A stretch of 64,000 bases of DNA from the human T2T-CHM13v2.0 reference genome, Homo sapiens: NCBI RefSeq assembly GCF_009914755.1, contig NC_060933.1; one strand, given 5' to 3'. A model generated the notes under the pieces. The model searched no databases. It was given only the letters and a program-made list of their open reading frames with translations, and was not told the origin of the DNA. A program made the position numbers and the translations under genes. Of the stretch, positions 60,626-64,000 are shown piece by piece (the stretch's first letter is position 1; every line of letters begins with the position of its first letter).

Positions 60626-61649
60626 TTTTTTGTTTTTTTTTAAATCATAACTAAGGGTGGCTCAGGTAAGTAAGAGTATAATAGATTTTAATTAAAAAAT
60701 AACAAACCTGACAAGACCAGTTCAATAAAAGTGTACAGCTTAAAAAAATAAAGAAAACAACAACAAAAATATTAAAGTGGTACAGGGAAGATATTGCAGT
60801 AGGTGACTGCAGGTGGAAGAAAGGTGTAGATAGGGGATACTGGGCAACCAAGAATATCATCACCATCAGCATCATTATCACCGACCCCTTTCATGGAGGG
60901 CTTACTCTGTGTCAGGCCCTGTACCAAGCACCCTGCATGCATCCCTGTAAGGTAGGTATACAGTGTATAAAAAACTCCAAGCCATCTTGGAGTTCTTGCA
61001 TTTTTAGAACTTAATCTCTTAATTTTAGAAAAGAATTCACTGAAGCCCAGGGGAGTTTGCCTACTTCATGATTTTTCTGGGACAAATTTTGTCCCCTAGG
61101 ATACACGATCACTTAGAAATTGCACCTTTGCCTGCCTCAAGGCCCAGTGCATATACCAGCGGGATCTCTCCAGGATCTCTATGATCATGGCCTGTACAAC
61201 CCCTCAGACTTGCATTTTAACTGGGATTGTACTGGTGAAACAGACTGCTCGGGCCTGGACATCTATAGACAGCCCTAGGACCACCATCATCATTATTCCA
61301 GAATAGAGGAAAAGTCTGTATCTTTCCTTGAAGATTATATAATCCAGGAATTTGAATACATCAGTCACTTTAGGTTTTTTAAAAATACAAACTTTTCCCT
61401 TCCTTACTCCTTGCCAGCTTTTCTTTAATTCCCTTTAATTTCACTTTGTTTGAACTGGACATAAACACTGAATTCTCCAAACTCACTCATTTCAGAGTTA
61501 CAAAAGAAAGTAATGAAAGAAAACTGAGATTTCATCTACATGAATTTCTCACACATTTACAAACATAACTGCTGCTTGACTTGATTTAGAATATCTTTTT
61601 AAACCCAGCAATTCTAGAACTGTAGAATGCTTTCTCTTTTTTCTCCTTT

Positions 61650-61790
61650 TCCACTCATTCATTCTCCAGATATTTATGTTCCTGGCAATGAGCTAGGCAT
61701 GGGGGAATACAGAAATGAAAAGAGACTCTGTCCTCCATGAAGTTTATATGTTAAAAACGTATATATAAAATAACATATCAGCAAATAATT
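61650..61790 (-). mobile_element. L2 3' fragment
   Basis: CATTCATTC..ATATTTATG..GCTAGGCATGGGG..ATACAGAAATGAA. Confidence 0.5.
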
Positions 61791-62289
61791 ATTTCTATGT
61801 CAGGATTTTTTTCTTCTATTTTCAACAGTGAAGTTTCCTTGGGGGTGTTGGAATGCGTATTATAATAGTTTTATGATTAAAACCGGCTTGGGCTGTTTTG
61901 CCAGCATGTGGTTGTCCCAATTAAATGTTGGCAAAATAAATGATCCCAAATTAATATGAATCATTCCTAATTAAAATAATTTATCACTAAAGTATATATT
62001 ATGCCACATAAATGTAAGAGGGCTGTTTTCCCCCAAGTTAGTCTTTGTAAATACACATTTTCAAAATCCAAACAAACCAACCGGAAGGAGCATGAAAATT
62101 CAGACTGTAAGTGTGCTTCTAGTTTATGCTTTCCTCTCTAAATTCTGCCTAAGAATTTGCTTTATTATCAAAGTTCTCAAAACAATGGCTTATGGGCCTG
62201 TAGCCAGAACATATCAGCCTTGTTTTCTGTGCATCCTAAAATAATTACAGTATTATCATTATTAGCTCTAATAAGAAGTAGTGCCTACA

Positions 62290-63043
<754 letters not shown>

Positions 63044-63679
63044 CAAGGTAAATTTTTCACCCTAGCGGGGAGTAAGGTACTTCCTGGCATATGCAGCACA
63101 GATTCCCAGGCCCCTCCCCTGGAGATTTTTATTCAAACTGTGCCCCAAGGCAGGGTTTCCCCACCTTGCAGGGTGGAGCTAATCACCTGGCGCTCGATTT
63201 AAAATACAGATTGCCGGGTGTCACCCCTGCTCAAGGACCAGGGAAGTTCAGGCTAAAATCACACTCTGTAGGTATTGGGTTCTGCCAGTTCTGGCTTTTC
63301 TCACTCTTTCCTGCTGGGAGGGGTGGACCGTGCCGGGCAGAACTGCCAGCCTCCAGGCGGGAAGGAAGGAGGAGAACAGATGGCCCACTGGGGGTAGAGG
63401 ATCACGTGTTGGACCTCATTCTGGGCTGCATCCAGACCTCTCCCTTTCAGGGCCCAGCCCCTCCAGCTCCAGCGACCCCACCTAGGCACACGGAACATAT
63501 GTGGAGGAAACCAGTGTTCATTTTGTTGAAAGCAGGGGAATTAGAGAAGGAGGCGAGCTTGAGGAGGGGAGAGGCTAAAGGGATAAAGCTTCCAACAATG
63601 GCGATGTTCCTGGATTTTGAAATACAATCAGGTAAAGCCCGATCTGGTGGAACGCCCGTGGCCATAATGACAGCTAACA

Positions 63680-64000
63680 CCCAGGGGCTGGAGGGGGAAG
63701 GGCGCTCAGGCAAGCGCGAAAACTTGCACGCCGCCCTACTTTGCTCCCGCCCCACTTAGCAGCCTTCCGCAAAACTCCAGCCCTCTCCTCTGCAGCGCAG
63801 AAAGGCCGCCCGTTCATGCATATGCAGGAGGATAAGTTTAGCTCGCAGCCCCCCGCGCTCCGACCGGCCCAGCGCGGCACTCGGTGAATCACCCGCGCTC
63901 GGGGGCGGGCGCTCGGCTCCGGCCGCGGACTGGCGGGCGACTCAGCCACTCGTGGACCGCGCGCCCCGGCCTGGCATCGCCCTTTTAAAAAGTCTTCCGC
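63680..64000. promoter_or_regulatory. Upstream CpG-rich island / enhancer, truncated by the window edge
   Basis: CpG-dense; contains GC boxes, ATGCATATGCA, GGTGAATCACC and CGACTCAGC motifs. Confidence 0.7.

Noticed and set aside
63373-63506. GRE-like half-sites AGAACA/GGAACA
   Set aside because: The second half-sites are poor; no convincing IR3 GRE was seen in the window.

Overview
This is human (or great-ape) genomic DNA containing the complete two-exon KLF9 (BTEB1) gene on the minus strand. Coding exon 1 is 58181-57677, followed by a ~24.9 kb intron and coding exon 2 at 32822-32593. The spliced CDS is 735 nt (244 aa): an N-terminal Sin3-interaction motif and three C2H2 fingers. The 3'UTR is ~3.2 kb and ends near 29410. 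The CpG-island promoter/5' leader (~57230-59480) carries 10 upstream ATGs, six CCAAT boxes and UPRE/CRE, E-box and D-box motifs. A DR4 thyroid-response-type element lies at ~62.35 kb and a second CpG-rich island starts at the right edge. Bases 1-29400 are intergenic and repeat-dense (Alu, L1, L2, MIR, MaLR, a solo LTR12-family LTR, hAT relics). From memory, SMC5 ends just left of the window, but no SMC5 exon is visible. KLF9 is the only convincing protein-coding gene; the other ORFs look like Alu, microsatellite or GC-rich shadow frames. I found no new multi-gene system. The best leads are regulatory: uORF/D-box overlap, a possible non-AUG N-terminal extension, the true TSS position, a MIR-hosted DR4, a divergent-transcript U1 signature, 3'UTR control and the LTR12 promoter. 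Repeat subfamily names and boundaries are by-eye estimates.
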